64,000 nucleotides of DNA from Acidimicrobiales bacterium (lineage in GTDB: Bacteria > Actinomycetota > Acidimicrobiia > Acidimicrobiales > RAAP-2): positions 1,540-65,539 of the forward strand of contig DASXZJ010000090.1 of NCBI GenBank assembly GCA_036502025.1, in the 5' to 3' direction. Positions 9,097-17,492 of the stretch are shown piece by piece. How positions within the stretch are numbered: the first letter of the stretch is position 1; the number at the start of each line of letters is the position of its first letter. The notes beneath the pieces were generated by a model. The model saw only the letters and a list, made by a program, of their open reading frames with translations, was not told the origin of the DNA and made no database searches. The translations under genes were made by a program, and so were the position numbers.

Positions 9097-10414
9097 TCGA
9101 CCTCCGGCGTCCAACGCCGACTGGTTCGAGCGCGCCATGAGGGTCATCCCCGGCGGCGTCGATTCGCCGGTCCGCTCCTTCGCGTCGGTCGGCGGGACGC
9201 CCTACACGGTGATGCGGGGCAACGGTCCCTACGTCGAGGACGCCGAGGGCACCCGTTACATCGATCTGGTCCAGTCCTACGGCGCCGTCCTGCTCGGCCA
9301 TGCCCATCCGGTGGTCACCGAGGCGGTGAGCCGGGCGGCCGCGCTGGGCACCACTTTCGGAGCACCCACCCCCGGTGAGGTCCTCCTGGCCGAGTCCATC
9401 TGCGAGCGGGTGGCCGGCTGCGAGCAGGTCCGGCTGGTCTCCTCGGGGACCGAGGCGGCCATGAGCGCGGTGCGGCTCGCCCGCGGGGCGACCGGGCGGG
9501 ACCGGGTGGTGAAGTTCGAGGGTTGCTACCACGGTCACTCCGACGGTCTCCTGGCCGGGGGCGGCAGCGGTGTCGCCATGCTCGGGCTACCCGGCTCGGC
9601 TGGGGTGTCGGCCGGATCGGTGGCAGCCACCGCCGTGCTGCCCTACAACGTGATCCCCGAGCTCGATGGCGACGTGGCCTGCGTGATCGTCGAACCGGTG
9701 GCGGCCAACATGAACCTGGTGCTCCCCCAGCCCGGCTTCCTCGCCGGTCTGCGTGCGGCCTGCGACGCGGCCGGGGCGCTGTTGATCTTCGACGAGGTGA
9801 TCACCGGGTTCCGCATGGGCCCCGGCGGCGCCACCGCATGGGCCGGCGTCACGCCCGACCTGTGGTGCTTCGGCAAGGTCATCGGCGGGGGCCTACCCGT
9901 CGGGGCGCTGGCCGGCCGGCGTGAACTGCTCTCCGCCCTGGCGCCCCAAGGTCCGGTGTACCAAGCCGGGACGCTCTCGGGAAACCCGCTGGCCACCGCG
10001 GCCGGCTTGGCCGTGCTGACATTCGTGAGCGACGCCGACTACCGCGACCTTTCAGTGCGGGCGGCATCCTTTGCCAGCCGTCTCGCCTCGGCCATCGCGG
10101 ACGGGGGACTGGCCGTCAGCGCGCCGGTCGCCGGCCCGTTGGTCGGGCTCTTCCTCGCCCCGGTCGACACGGGCGGGACGGACGGGGAGCTGGCCGCGCC
10201 CATCGACTACGTCGGCGCGCGGGAGTTGGCCACCAACGGCGTCTATCCGGCGTTCTTCCACGCCATGCTCCGTCGCGGGGTTGCCTTGGCCCCAGGCGCC
10301 TACGAAATCATGTTCCCCGGCGTCTCGCACGGTGACGATGTCCTCGGTCAGGTGGTCGAGGCGGCCGGTGAGGCGTCGCTCGAAGTAGCCAAAGACCTGT
10401 CACACCGCGGCTGA
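9089..10414 (+). CDS. hemL: glutamate-1-semialdehyde 2,1-aminomutase
   Basis: WFERAMRVIPGGVDSPVRSF, EVITGFRMG, and PLP-Lys region FGKVIGGGLPVGA. GTG 9089 overlaps the hemB end by 8 nt. Confidence 0.9.
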   Translation: MADRPPASNADWFERAMRVIPGGVDSPVRSFASVGGTPYTVMRGNGPYVEDAEGTRYIDLVQSYGAVLLGHAHPVVTEAVSRAAALGTTFGAPTPGEVLLAESICERVAGCEQVRLVSSGTEAAMSAVRLARGATGRDRVVKFEGCYHGHSDGLLAGGGSGVAMLGLPGSAGVSAGSVAATAVLPYNVIPELDGDVACVIVEPVAANMNLVLPQPGFLAGLRAACDAAGALLIFDEVITGFRMGPGGATAWAGVTPDLWCFGKVIGGGLPVGALAGRRELLSALAPQGPVYQAGTLSGNPLATAAGLAVLTFVSDADYRDLSVRAASFASRLASAIADGGLAVSAPVAGPLVGLFLAPVDTGGTDGELAAPIDYVGARELATNGVYPAFFHAMLRRGVALAPGAYEIMFPGVSHGDDVLGQVVEAAGEASLEVAKDLSHRG

Positions 10415-10418
10415 GGCG

Positions 10419-11549
10419 TCAGCGATCGGTCCCCGAGAAGCGGGGCGGCGCGGCCCCGCGCCCCATGCTCCAGGTCACGCCACCGAGGCGCCCCTCCACC
10501 AGCTCCACGTCTGGTCTGGGTCGGTAGCTCGAAGCCAGGACGGCGTCGGCCTCGTCCGCCCGCCCTTCGTACAGGGCGACGCAGGGCGCCGAGAAAGGGC
10601 AGCGGCGACAGGCGGCCCGTGACGGGGATGGATAGACCTCGATGTCGGTGGCGAACATGGCGCGCGCTTCGGAAGCCAACTGGCGACCGGCCCCCAGAAC
10701 CTCGGCCCGAGTCCTTCGGATCCAGGTGCGGCGGAACAGCGGGCCGGTGTCGTGGATGACGCGTTCGGGCACGAGGGGTTCGTTCGCCATGGCGTAGAGA
10801 CGACGGTGCTGGGGGACCGATCGACCACCTCCGCTTCCTTCGTGTTGCGCCACCCCACCCCGCTCGGGGGCCGCCGATGGCCGTTCGGGCTCGGCGTCGG
10901 ACCGAAGCGGTAGGCGCATCTCGTTGTGGATGGTGCCGGCAATCTCCATGCCCAGGTAGAACTGCTCCCAGGCCCAGCACGCCGCCACCGCCTCCTCGTC
11001 GCGCACGAGTTCGTCGAGCGGCGTCCATTCGCGGACAACCCGATGACGAACGATCCAGTAGGCGTCATGTTGGTCGACCGACAACAGGTCGACGCGACCG
11101 CGGTAGCGCACGTTCTCCCCGCTCGGAGTGAAGAGACCTGACCCAGGCTGGTCAGGGTCGGCCAGGTCGACGTCGAAGTCGGCCTCGACCAGTACCGGCG
11201 CGATGCGTTCCACCTCGGGCGCCCAGTCAAAGTAGGCGTGGAGCAGCCGTTTGGCGCGGCCGTATCGCCCCGCGGCATCACTTGGGGCAGGCTCGCCGCG
11301 ACGTGCGGAGTGGGCCGCCACTGCCCTCTGCAGCGCTTGGTCGACCAGCGGCAACACGATGCCGCGGGACCAGTCCCACATCCCGGGGTAGTAGTAGACG
11401 GCCAACGCGTCCCGTATGGCTCGATCGGTGTCGAGTGGATCGACGGCGACGGCCGGTTCGAGGTTGCGTCGCCCGTGGGATCCGAAATCCCAGGCCCGCC
11501 GGCAGCGCTTGAAGGCGGCCCGGTCCTCGTGCGCCAGTTTGGCGGGCAC
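10419..11549 (-). CDS. PD-(D/E)XK Cas4/RecB-like protein with a C...CX2CX5C iron-sulfur ligand pattern
   Basis: N-terminal FKRCRRAWDF plus C-terminal CRRCPFSAPC (CX2CX5C), GRVDLL and WEQFYLG. The expected ExK position reads RHR. This is a by-eye assignment only. Confidence 0.5.
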   Translation of the reverse strand: MPAKLAHEDRAAFKRCRRAWDFGSHGRRNLEPAVAVDPLDTDRAIRDALAVYYYPGMWDWSRGIVLPLVDQALQRAVAAHSARRGEPAPSDAAGRYGRAKRLLHAYFDWAPEVERIAPVLVEADFDVDLADPDQPGSGLFTPSGENVRYRGRVDLLSVDQHDAYWIVRHRVVREWTPLDELVRDEEAVAACWAWEQFYLGMEIAGTIHNEMRLPLRSDAEPERPSAAPERGGVAQHEGSGGGRSVPQHRRLYAMANEPLVPERVIHDTGPLFRRTWIRRTRAEVLGAGRQLASEARAMFATDIEVYPSPSRAACRRCPFSAPCVALYEGRADEADAVLASSYRPRPDVELVEGRLGGVTWSMGRGAAPPRFSGTDR

Positions 11550-11709
11550 TGATCCGACCTAGCGCCGGTCGATCCGGATCGGGTGGCCGATCAGGCTCTC
11601 GGTCGGTAGCGGCGAGCGTTCCATGGAACCTCAGGGGTGTTGTCGCGTCGCCATCCAGCGTAACGACTCGCGGGTCGAGTGAACAGTCCCGCCCCCGGGC
11701 GGCAAGCGC

Positions 11710-13128
11710 TCAGAACGACCGGATGTCGGCGTCGGGGCCCATCACGATGACCGGATGGAGCGCCGGATTGAGCCAGGTGAGTACCTCGAGTAGTCCGAGG
11801 TAGGGGACCGACACACACCCGTTGGTGGGAATGCCCAGATCGGAGTGCAGGAAGATCGCTGATCCGAGCGGCCCGGCCGGGGGCGTGTTGAAGTTGATGA
11901 CCGCCAAGGAGGGATAGGCGTTCCCTTCGGTCCACAACGCCTCGGAGGCCCCGGCGAAGGGCGGAGTCTCCCCGCACGCCACGTGCTCGAAGGTGTTGTA
12001 CTGCGGGCTGGAAGGGTCTTCGTCCCACCAGTCGCCACAGACCAGATGGTGATAGGGGAACCGGGTGCCCGGGTTGGCGGTGGTGCCGTACATGGTCGAA
12101 CCGATGGCGTACATGCCTTCTGGCGTGGCGTTGTCGCCTTCGTGGCGGGCCGGTCCCGGAATCCAACCGTTGTAGCCGTCATGGGCCGGCAGCGATGCGA
12201 ACGCCTGATACCAGCCGCTGCCGTCGTTCTCGTAGGCGGACAACGTGGCCGTCGTGCTCGCGCCGTTGGGCGCGTCCACCACGATCACCTGGCCGGCGCC
12301 TCCCGTATCGGCCAGTTGATCGACCAGGAGCGGGTTGATGTCCGACGTGGCCGAACCGTGGAAGGTGGCGTCGCCGTAGGAGAAGACGCCGCCGTCGGCC
12401 GCCACCAACCAGTAGCCGCCACCGTCGGGGGTGGCGGCCAGGCCGACGATGGGTTGTTCGAGCGCCAGGTTCCCCGCCGAGCCGTGGAAGGCCGCGTCGC
12501 CGTAGGAGAACACGCCGCCGTCGGCCGCCACCAACCAGTAGCCGCGGCCGTCGGGGGTGGCGGCCAGGCCGACGATGGGTTGTTCGAGCGCCAGGTTCCC
12601 CGCCGAACCGTGGAAGGTGGCGTCGCCGTAGGAGAACACGCCCCCGTCGGCCGCCACCAACCAGTAGCCGCCACCGTCAGGGGTGGCGGCCAGGCCGACG
12701 ATCGGTTGCTTCAGTTGCAGGTTCCCCGCCGAACCGTGGAAGGTGGCGTCGCCGTAGGAGAACACGCCGCCGTCGGCCGCCACCAACCAGTAGCCGCCAC
12801 CGTCGGGGGTGGCGGCCAGGCCGACGATCGGCTCGGCGAGCGCCAGGTTCCCCGCCGAACCGTGGAAGGCGGCGTCGCCGTAGGCGAAGACGCCGCCGTT
12901 GGAGGCAGCGATCACGTAGCCCCCGCCGTCGCGGTCAGCGGAAACGGCGACGGCCGTGGCCGAGGTGGAGGTGACCACCGCCGACCGGGCCTGCGCCGAT
13001 GTCGTCGCCGAACCAGCCCCCGACAGCGAACCACTCGTCGGCGCCACCAGCAGCACCGTGAGGACGACCGCGGCGGCCGCAGCCGACAGTGACGCAGCGC
13101 GGAGAGGCAACGACGAGAGGAAGCCCAA
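11710..13128 (-). CDS. secreted L,D-transpeptidase-fold (YkuD-like) protein with five 42-aa tandem repeats
   Basis: Signal-like N-terminus. Five copies of GGYWLVAADGGVFSYGDATFHGSAGNLALEQPIVGLAATPDG. The C-terminal domain ends in AIFLHSDLGIPTNGCVSVP (a His...[ST]xGC motif). Confidence 0.75.
   Translation of the reverse strand: MGFLSSLPLRAASLSAAAAAVVLTVLLVAPTSGSLSGAGSATTSAQARSAVVTSTSATAVAVSADRDGGGYVIAASNGGVFAYGDAAFHGSAGNLALAEPIVGLAATPDGGGYWLVAADGGVFSYGDATFHGSAGNLQLKQPIVGLAATPDGGGYWLVAADGGVFSYGDATFHGSAGNLALEQPIVGLAATPDGRGYWLVAADGGVFSYGDAAFHGSAGNLALEQPIVGLAATPDGGGYWLVAADGGVFSYGDATFHGSATSDINPLLVDQLADTGGAGQVIVVDAPNGASTTATLSAYENDGSGWYQAFASLPAHDGYNGWIPGPARHEGDNATPEGMYAIGSTMYGTTANPGTRFPYHHLVCGDWWDEDPSSPQYNTFEHVACGETPPFAGASEALWTEGNAYPSLAVINFNTPPAGPLGSAIFLHSDLGIPTNGCVSVPYLGLLEVLTWLNPALHPVIVMGPDADIRSF
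12340..12965. repeat. five tandem 126-bp near-identical coding repeats inside the L,D-transpeptidase gene
   Basis: The repeat landmark GAAGG(T/C)(G/C)GCGTCGCCGTAGG recurs at 12361, 12487, 12613, 12739 and 12865, an exact 126-nt period. Confidence 0.9.
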
Positions 13129-13205
13129 GGAGGTAAGCGTAGGTCCAGCCCCGCCGTCGCAGGCGGTACACCTGCTGGGGCGACCGCCTCGGTACGATCG
13201 TTCGG

Positions 13206-13652
13206 GTGGTGGTCACGGACGGGGTGAGGATTCGGCGGGCCGCTCCTCAGGATGCGCAACAGGTGTTCAACCTGGCCCGCGACATGGCGACCTCCTTCGC
13301 CGTCGACGTGGCGGTGTTCGCCTCCAGCTTGACCGAGATCATGCAGCGCGACGACGCCGTGGTGCTGGTTGCCGAGGCGTCCGAAGCGTCCGGCCACGTC
13401 GTGGTCGGCTACCTCCTCGGTTTCGATCATCCCGCCTTCTACGCCAACGGGCGCGTCTCCTACGTCGAGGAGGTGGCGGTCGTCGAGGAACGGCAGGGCA
13501 AGCGGGTCGGCCGCCATCTCATGGAGGGGTTCGAGCGGTGGGCGCGGACGCGCGACTCCACCCTGGTGACGGTGGCGACGCGCCGAGCCGACGGGTTCTA
13601 CCGGTCGCTGGGCTACGAGGAGACCGCCACGCTCTTCCGCAAGGTCCTCTGA
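13206..13652 (+). CDS. GNAT family N-acetyltransferase
   Basis: Acetyl-CoA motif region VAVVEERQGKRVGRHLMEGFERWAR. 148 aa. Confidence 0.8.
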   Translation: MVVTDGVRIRRAAPQDAQQVFNLARDMATSFAVDVAVFASSLTEIMQRDDAVVLVAEASEASGHVVVGYLLGFDHPAFYANGRVSYVEEVAVVEERQGKRVGRHLMEGFERWARTRDSTLVTVATRRADGFYRSLGYEETATLFRKVL

Positions 13653-13676
13653 GGTCACGCCGGTACGCTGCCTCGC

Positions 13677-14438
13677 GTGGAGCTCGTGGCCGAAGGGCGG
13701 ATGGCCGAGGTCTACACCTACGGGGACGGGCAGGTGGTCAAGCTCGATCGCCCCGAGTGGAGCGGCGTCTCGGCCTTCGAGTCCGACGTCCTCATCCGGC
13801 TGGACCAGGCCGGGCTGCCGGTCGCCCGCTGCCACGGCGTCGTCACCATCGACGGCCGCTGCGGTGTCGTATTGGACCGCGTCGAGGGCCGCCCGCTCTC
13901 GGCGCACCTGCTGGAGGCCGAGGGCGATGCCGTCGCCGCGCTCGCGGCCCGGTTCGCCGCGCTCGGCTCGACCATCAACCGCACCGCGATGAAGGGGCTG
14001 CCCGATCTGGTGTCCCGGCTCGCCGGGGAGTTGGGCCAGTCGGGCCTGGCGCCGGAACTGGCCGCCGAGCTCGGCGAGCTCCTCTTGCAGATCGACGACG
14101 GCCAGCGGGGGGTCTGCCACTTCGACTTCCATCCCGAGAACGTGCTGGTCGGCCCCGATCGGTGGGTGGTGATCGACTGGCTCACCGTCGCCAGCGGCCC
14201 GCCGGCGGCCGATCTGGCCCGGACGCTTGTCCTGTGGGGGCATAACGACGCGCCCCCGGTGCCGGCCTTCATGCGGGAGGTGCGGCGCCTCGGGTTGGCC
14301 CAACGCCAAGTTGGCGTGGCGGATTGCGACGCCTGGATCCGCGTCGTGGCCGGAGCGCGCCTGGCCGAGGGCTTCGAAGGCGCCGATGCCGACCGGTTGC
14401 GAGCTCTGGCGGCCGGACGGATCCGGCTCCCGGCCTGA
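13677..14438 (+). CDS. aminoglycoside phosphotransferase (APH)/kinase-like family protein
   Basis: Catalytic loop CHFDFHPENVLV and the downstream VIDW. Confidence 0.75.
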   Translation: MELVAEGRMAEVYTYGDGQVVKLDRPEWSGVSAFESDVLIRLDQAGLPVARCHGVVTIDGRCGVVLDRVEGRPLSAHLLEAEGDAVAALAARFAALGSTINRTAMKGLPDLVSRLAGELGQSGLAPELAAELGELLLQIDDGQRGVCHFDFHPENVLVGPDRWVVIDWLTVASGPPAADLARTLVLWGHNDAPPVPAFMREVRRLGLAQRQVGVADCDAWIRVVAGARLAEGFEGADADRLRALAAGRIRLPA

Positions 14439-14439
14439 A

Positions 14440-15900
14440 TCAGGCGGCGAACTCGTCCGCCGGAGCGACGTCGGGCAGCAGCCGCGAAATCAGCTCCATG
14501 GCCCGGAAGCCGACCTCGGCCGGCCCGGCGGCGTCGGGCCGCATCAGGTTGGCCATGATGCGCAGCAGTTGGGTCATGAGCAGTTCCGAGCGCATGCCCA
14601 GACCCACGCAGACCCGCATGGCCTGGGGGTTCGAGATCATCCGGACGAAGGCGCGGGCCACCTTGAAGTAGGCGCCATAGGCGGCCTCGAGCTGGCGGTC
14701 GTAGTCGGCCAGCGCGGCGGAGCCCGTGCCGGTCAAGGCCTGGCCGAGGGCGGCGGCGGCCAGTCGGCCGGTCTCGTAGCCATAGGCGATGCCCTCGCCG
14801 TTGAAGGGGTTGATCGATCCGGCGGCGTCGCCGGCCAGGATGACGTTGCCGCCGGCCCGCGGCCCGACCGAGAGACCCATGGGGAGCTTGCCGCCGGTCG
14901 GCGGCCCGAGGCAGGTCTCGGGCGAGAGACCCCACGACGCCGGGGCGAACTCCACGAAAGCGTCCATGAGGTGCGACGTGTTGACGCCCTTCCAGCGCTT
15001 GTCGGTCGAGAGCAGCCCGACGCCGACGTTGACCCGACCGTCGCCCATCGGGAAGATCCAGCCGTAGCCGGGGACCATGTTCCCCTCGGCGTCGCGAATA
15101 TCGAGGTGGGACTCAATGAAGGGATCGTCGTGCCGGTCCGAGCTGTAGTAACCGCGCAGCGCCATGCCCATCGGAAGGTCACGCCGGCGGTTGGTGCCCA
15201 GCATGCGGCCCACCCGCGAGTTGGCCCCGTCGGCCACCACGACGTAGCGGGCCTTGATCTCCCGGCTGCCGCTCCCGGCCTTGTCGCTGACCGTCACGCC
15301 GGTCACGAAGGGCAGGGTGGATGACGGTCCGGCCGCCGCGTCGATGATCGGCGCGAGGACCTCGGTGCCCGCCAGCAGGGTCGCCCCCGCCTTGACGGCG
15401 CGCTCGGCCACCAGGCCGTCGAGGTCGTGGCGGGTGATGGTGTAGCCGTAACTCGGGAAGTTGGGGTGCTGGGGCCACTGCATCTCGATGCTCTGGCCGA
15501 AGCCGTAGGCCCGCAGCCCGCCGTACTTGTGCGAGCCGGCCAGGGCGTCTTCCAGCCCCATGTCGGCCAGCTGGCGCACGGCGCGGGGGGTCAGGCCGTC
15601 GCCACAGGTCTTGACCCGGGGGAAGTGCTTCTTCTCGACCACCACCACGTCCCAGCCCGCCTCGGCCAGCCAGTAGGCGCACGAGGAGCCGGCGGGCCCG
15701 CCGCCGACGATCACGACATCGTGCACGGGGTTCGGCGGCGCCGGACGCTTGGCCGGTGCCGAACGCGTGGCGACGGGGGCCGTGGCCGCTTTGGCCGCTT
15801 TGGCCGTCGCCGCCTTCGCCCTGGCCGAACCGGTCTTCTTGGCGGCCGGACTCGCCTTCCCGGGGCGATCAGCCGGCGGTGCGGCGGAGCGTGGCGTCAC
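14440..15900 (-). CDS. geranylgeranyl reductase family flavoprotein (MenJ-like menaquinone reductase candidate)
   Basis: DVVIVGGGPAGSS, CGDGLTPRAV and GDAAGSINPFNGEGI. The start is uncertain: GTG 15900 gives a Lys/Ala/Pro-rich 58-aa tail, and GTG 15726 gives the core only. The 812-aa track ORF is an artefact of an open frame. Confidence 0.8.
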   Translation of the reverse strand: MTPRSAAPPADRPGKASPAAKKTGSARAKAATAKAAKAATAPVATRSAPAKRPAPPNPVHDVVIVGGGPAGSSCAYWLAEAGWDVVVVEKKHFPRVKTCGDGLTPRAVRQLADMGLEDALAGSHKYGGLRAYGFGQSIEMQWPQHPNFPSYGYTITRHDLDGLVAERAVKAGATLLAGTEVLAPIIDAAAGPSSTLPFVTGVTVSDKAGSGSREIKARYVVVADGANSRVGRMLGTNRRRDLPMGMALRGYYSSDRHDDPFIESHLDIRDAEGNMVPGYGWIFPMGDGRVNVGVGLLSTDKRWKGVNTSHLMDAFVEFAPASWGLSPETCLGPPTGGKLPMGLSVGPRAGGNVILAGDAAGSINPFNGEGIAYGYETGRLAAAALGQALTGTGSAALADYDRQLEAAYGAYFKVARAFVRMISNPQAMRVCVGLGMRSELLMTQLLRIMANLMRPDAAGPAEVGFRAMELISRLLPDVAPADEFAA

Positions 15901-15966
15901 CCCTGCATCGTAGGTCGCCCCCGGGCCGCTCCGACCAGTTCCGGATGTGCCTGGGGAAAGGGCTGC

Positions 15967-16437
15967 ATGGTAGAAACGAACCCCGTGGACCAGTACCTGC
16001 CGATCCTCATCATGATGGCGCTGGCCCTCCTGTTCACCGTCTTCTCGCTGGTCTCGTCGTCGATGCTGGCGCCCCGGAAAAAGCCCTCGGTGGCCAAGCT
16101 CGCCCCCTACGAATGCGGCATCGTGCCCAATCGTGAGCCGCCGCAACGGTTCCCCGTCCGCTTCTACCTGGTCTCGATGATCTTCATCATCTTCGACATC
16201 GAGATCGTGTTCCTGTACCCGTGGGCGGTGGTGTTCCACCAGATCGCCACCTTCGGGCTGATCGAGGTCATCGTCTTCGCCGCCGTGGTGTTCGTGTCCT
16301 TCCTCTACCTGATCTCCAACGGCGCCTTGACCTGGGGTCCCCCCAAGGCCCTGCAGTCCGGCATGCCCGCCCGGACGTCGGAGTCGACCATCTTGCGAAT
16401 CAGCGCGGCGCGCAACCAGCCCGGCGAGGCGGCGTGA
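15967..16437 (+). CDS. nuoA: NADH-quinone oxidoreductase subunit A
   Basis: [22 protein letters not shown] and [12 protein letters not shown]. First gene of the nuo cluster. GGGGAAAGGG precedes the ATG. Confidence 0.85.
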   Translation: MVETNPVDQYLPILIMMALALLFTVFSLVSSSMLAPRKKPSVAKLAPYECGIVPNREPPQRFPVRFYLVSMIFIIFDIEIVFLYPWAVVFHQIATFGLIEVIVFAAVVFVSFLYLISNGALTWGPPKALQSGMPARTSESTILRISAARNQPGEAA

Positions 16438-16440
16438 CGG

Positions 16441-17001
16441 ATGGGATTTGAGGACCTCCAGCACAACTTCATGACCGGGCGGATCGAGGACCTGGTCAAG
16501 TGGGCCCGCCGCAACAGCGTGTGGCCGGCCACCTTCGGCCTGGCCTGCTGCGCCATCGAGATGATGTCGGTCGGCGCGGCCGACTTCGACATCAGCCGCT
16601 TGGGCATGGAGGTCTTCCGGGCCTCGCCGCGCCAAGCCGACCTCATGATCGTGGCCGGGCGCGTCTCGCAGAAGATGGCGCCGGTCCTGCGCCAGGTCTA
16701 CGACCAGATGATGGAGCCCAAGTGGGTCATTTCGATGGGCGTGTGCGCCTCGACCGGCGGGATGTTCAACAATTACGCCATCGTCCAGGGGGTGGACCAG
16801 ATCGTCCCGGTGGACGTCTACGCACCGGGCTGCCCCCCCTCGCCCGAGACGCTGCTGCACGCCATCTTGACCCTCCACGAGAAGATCCGCACCGGCGAGA
16901 TCACCCGCCGGCCGGGGAGCCGGGTCCCGCCGGGGGAGCAGGCGACGGGCGGTTGGGTGCCGACGGTGGCTGATGCCGTGCGGGTGGCCACGCCGCGGTG
17001 A
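16441..17001 (+). CDS. nuoB: NADH-quinone oxidoreductase subunit B
   Basis: [21 protein letters not shown] and APGCPP (N2 cluster ligands). Confidence 0.95.
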   Translation: MGFEDLQHNFMTGRIEDLVKWARRNSVWPATFGLACCAIEMMSVGAADFDISRLGMEVFRASPRQADLMIVAGRVSQKMAPVLRQVYDQMMEPKWVISMGVCASTGGMFNNYAIVQGVDQIVPVDVYAPGCPPSPETLLHAILTLHEKIRTGEITRRPGSRVPPGEQATGGWVPTVADAVRVATPR

Positions 17002-17492
17002 CCGTCACGCCGTCGACCGTCCTGCCCGAGGTCCCGCGCCTGCCCGACCGCCTGGTCGATCAGCTGGCCTTTCCGGACCGGGACACCTATGTGGCCATGG
17101 TCCAGGCCTTCAAGTTGGCCGGGTTCGAGATGTGCGCCGACCTGTGCGCGGTCGACTACCTGACCCACCCGGGCCGGTCGCTGCCCGATGGCGTGAAGGC
17201 CGAACGCTTCGAGGTCGTGGTGAACCTGCTGTCGCTCAGCCTGCGCCAGCGGGTGCGGGTCCGGGTGCAGGTGCCCGAGGCCGACCCGGTGATCGCCAGC
17301 CTGGTCGACGTCTACCCCGGTACCGACGCCATGGAGCGCGAGGCGTTCGACATGATGGGCATCATCTTTGCCGGGCACCCGGACCTGACCCGGATCCTCA
17401 TGCCCGAGGACTGGGAGGGCCACCCCCTGCGCAAGGACTACGGCGTGGGCCGGGTGCCGGTGCAGTTCAAGGAAGCGCCGGGGCCCCGATGA
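16998..17492 (+). CDS. nuoC: NADH-quinone oxidoreductase subunit C
   Basis: [47 protein letters not shown] overlap with nuoB. Confidence 0.9.
   Translation: MTVTPSTVLPEVPRLPDRLVDQLAFPDRDTYVAMVQAFKLAGFEMCADLCAVDYLTHPGRSLPDGVKAERFEVVVNLLSLSLRQRVRVRVQVPEADPVIASLVDVYPGTDAMEREAFDMMGIIFAGHPDLTRILMPEDWEGHPLRKDYGVGRVPVQFKEAPGPR

Noticed and set aside
11570-11581. Perfect 12-bp palindrome CGATCCGGATCG upstream of the Cas4-like gene
   Set aside because: By a rough estimate, dozens of 12-bp palindromes are expected by chance in 64 kb of 70% GC DNA. There is no second copy or other supporting context.
12340-12965. Tandem 126-bp repeats considered as a possible CRISPR or other non-coding array
   Set aside because: The repeats are directly adjacent with no spacers. 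The period is a multiple of three, and they are in frame within a long ORF encoding a coherent 42-aa protein repeat. There are no cas genes.
14440-16878. 812-aa minus-strand ORF suggesting a giant fusion protein
   Set aside because: Only the C-terminal 429-487 codons encode the geranylgeranyl reductase. The upstream part runs antisense through nuoA and nuoB and has junk composition.
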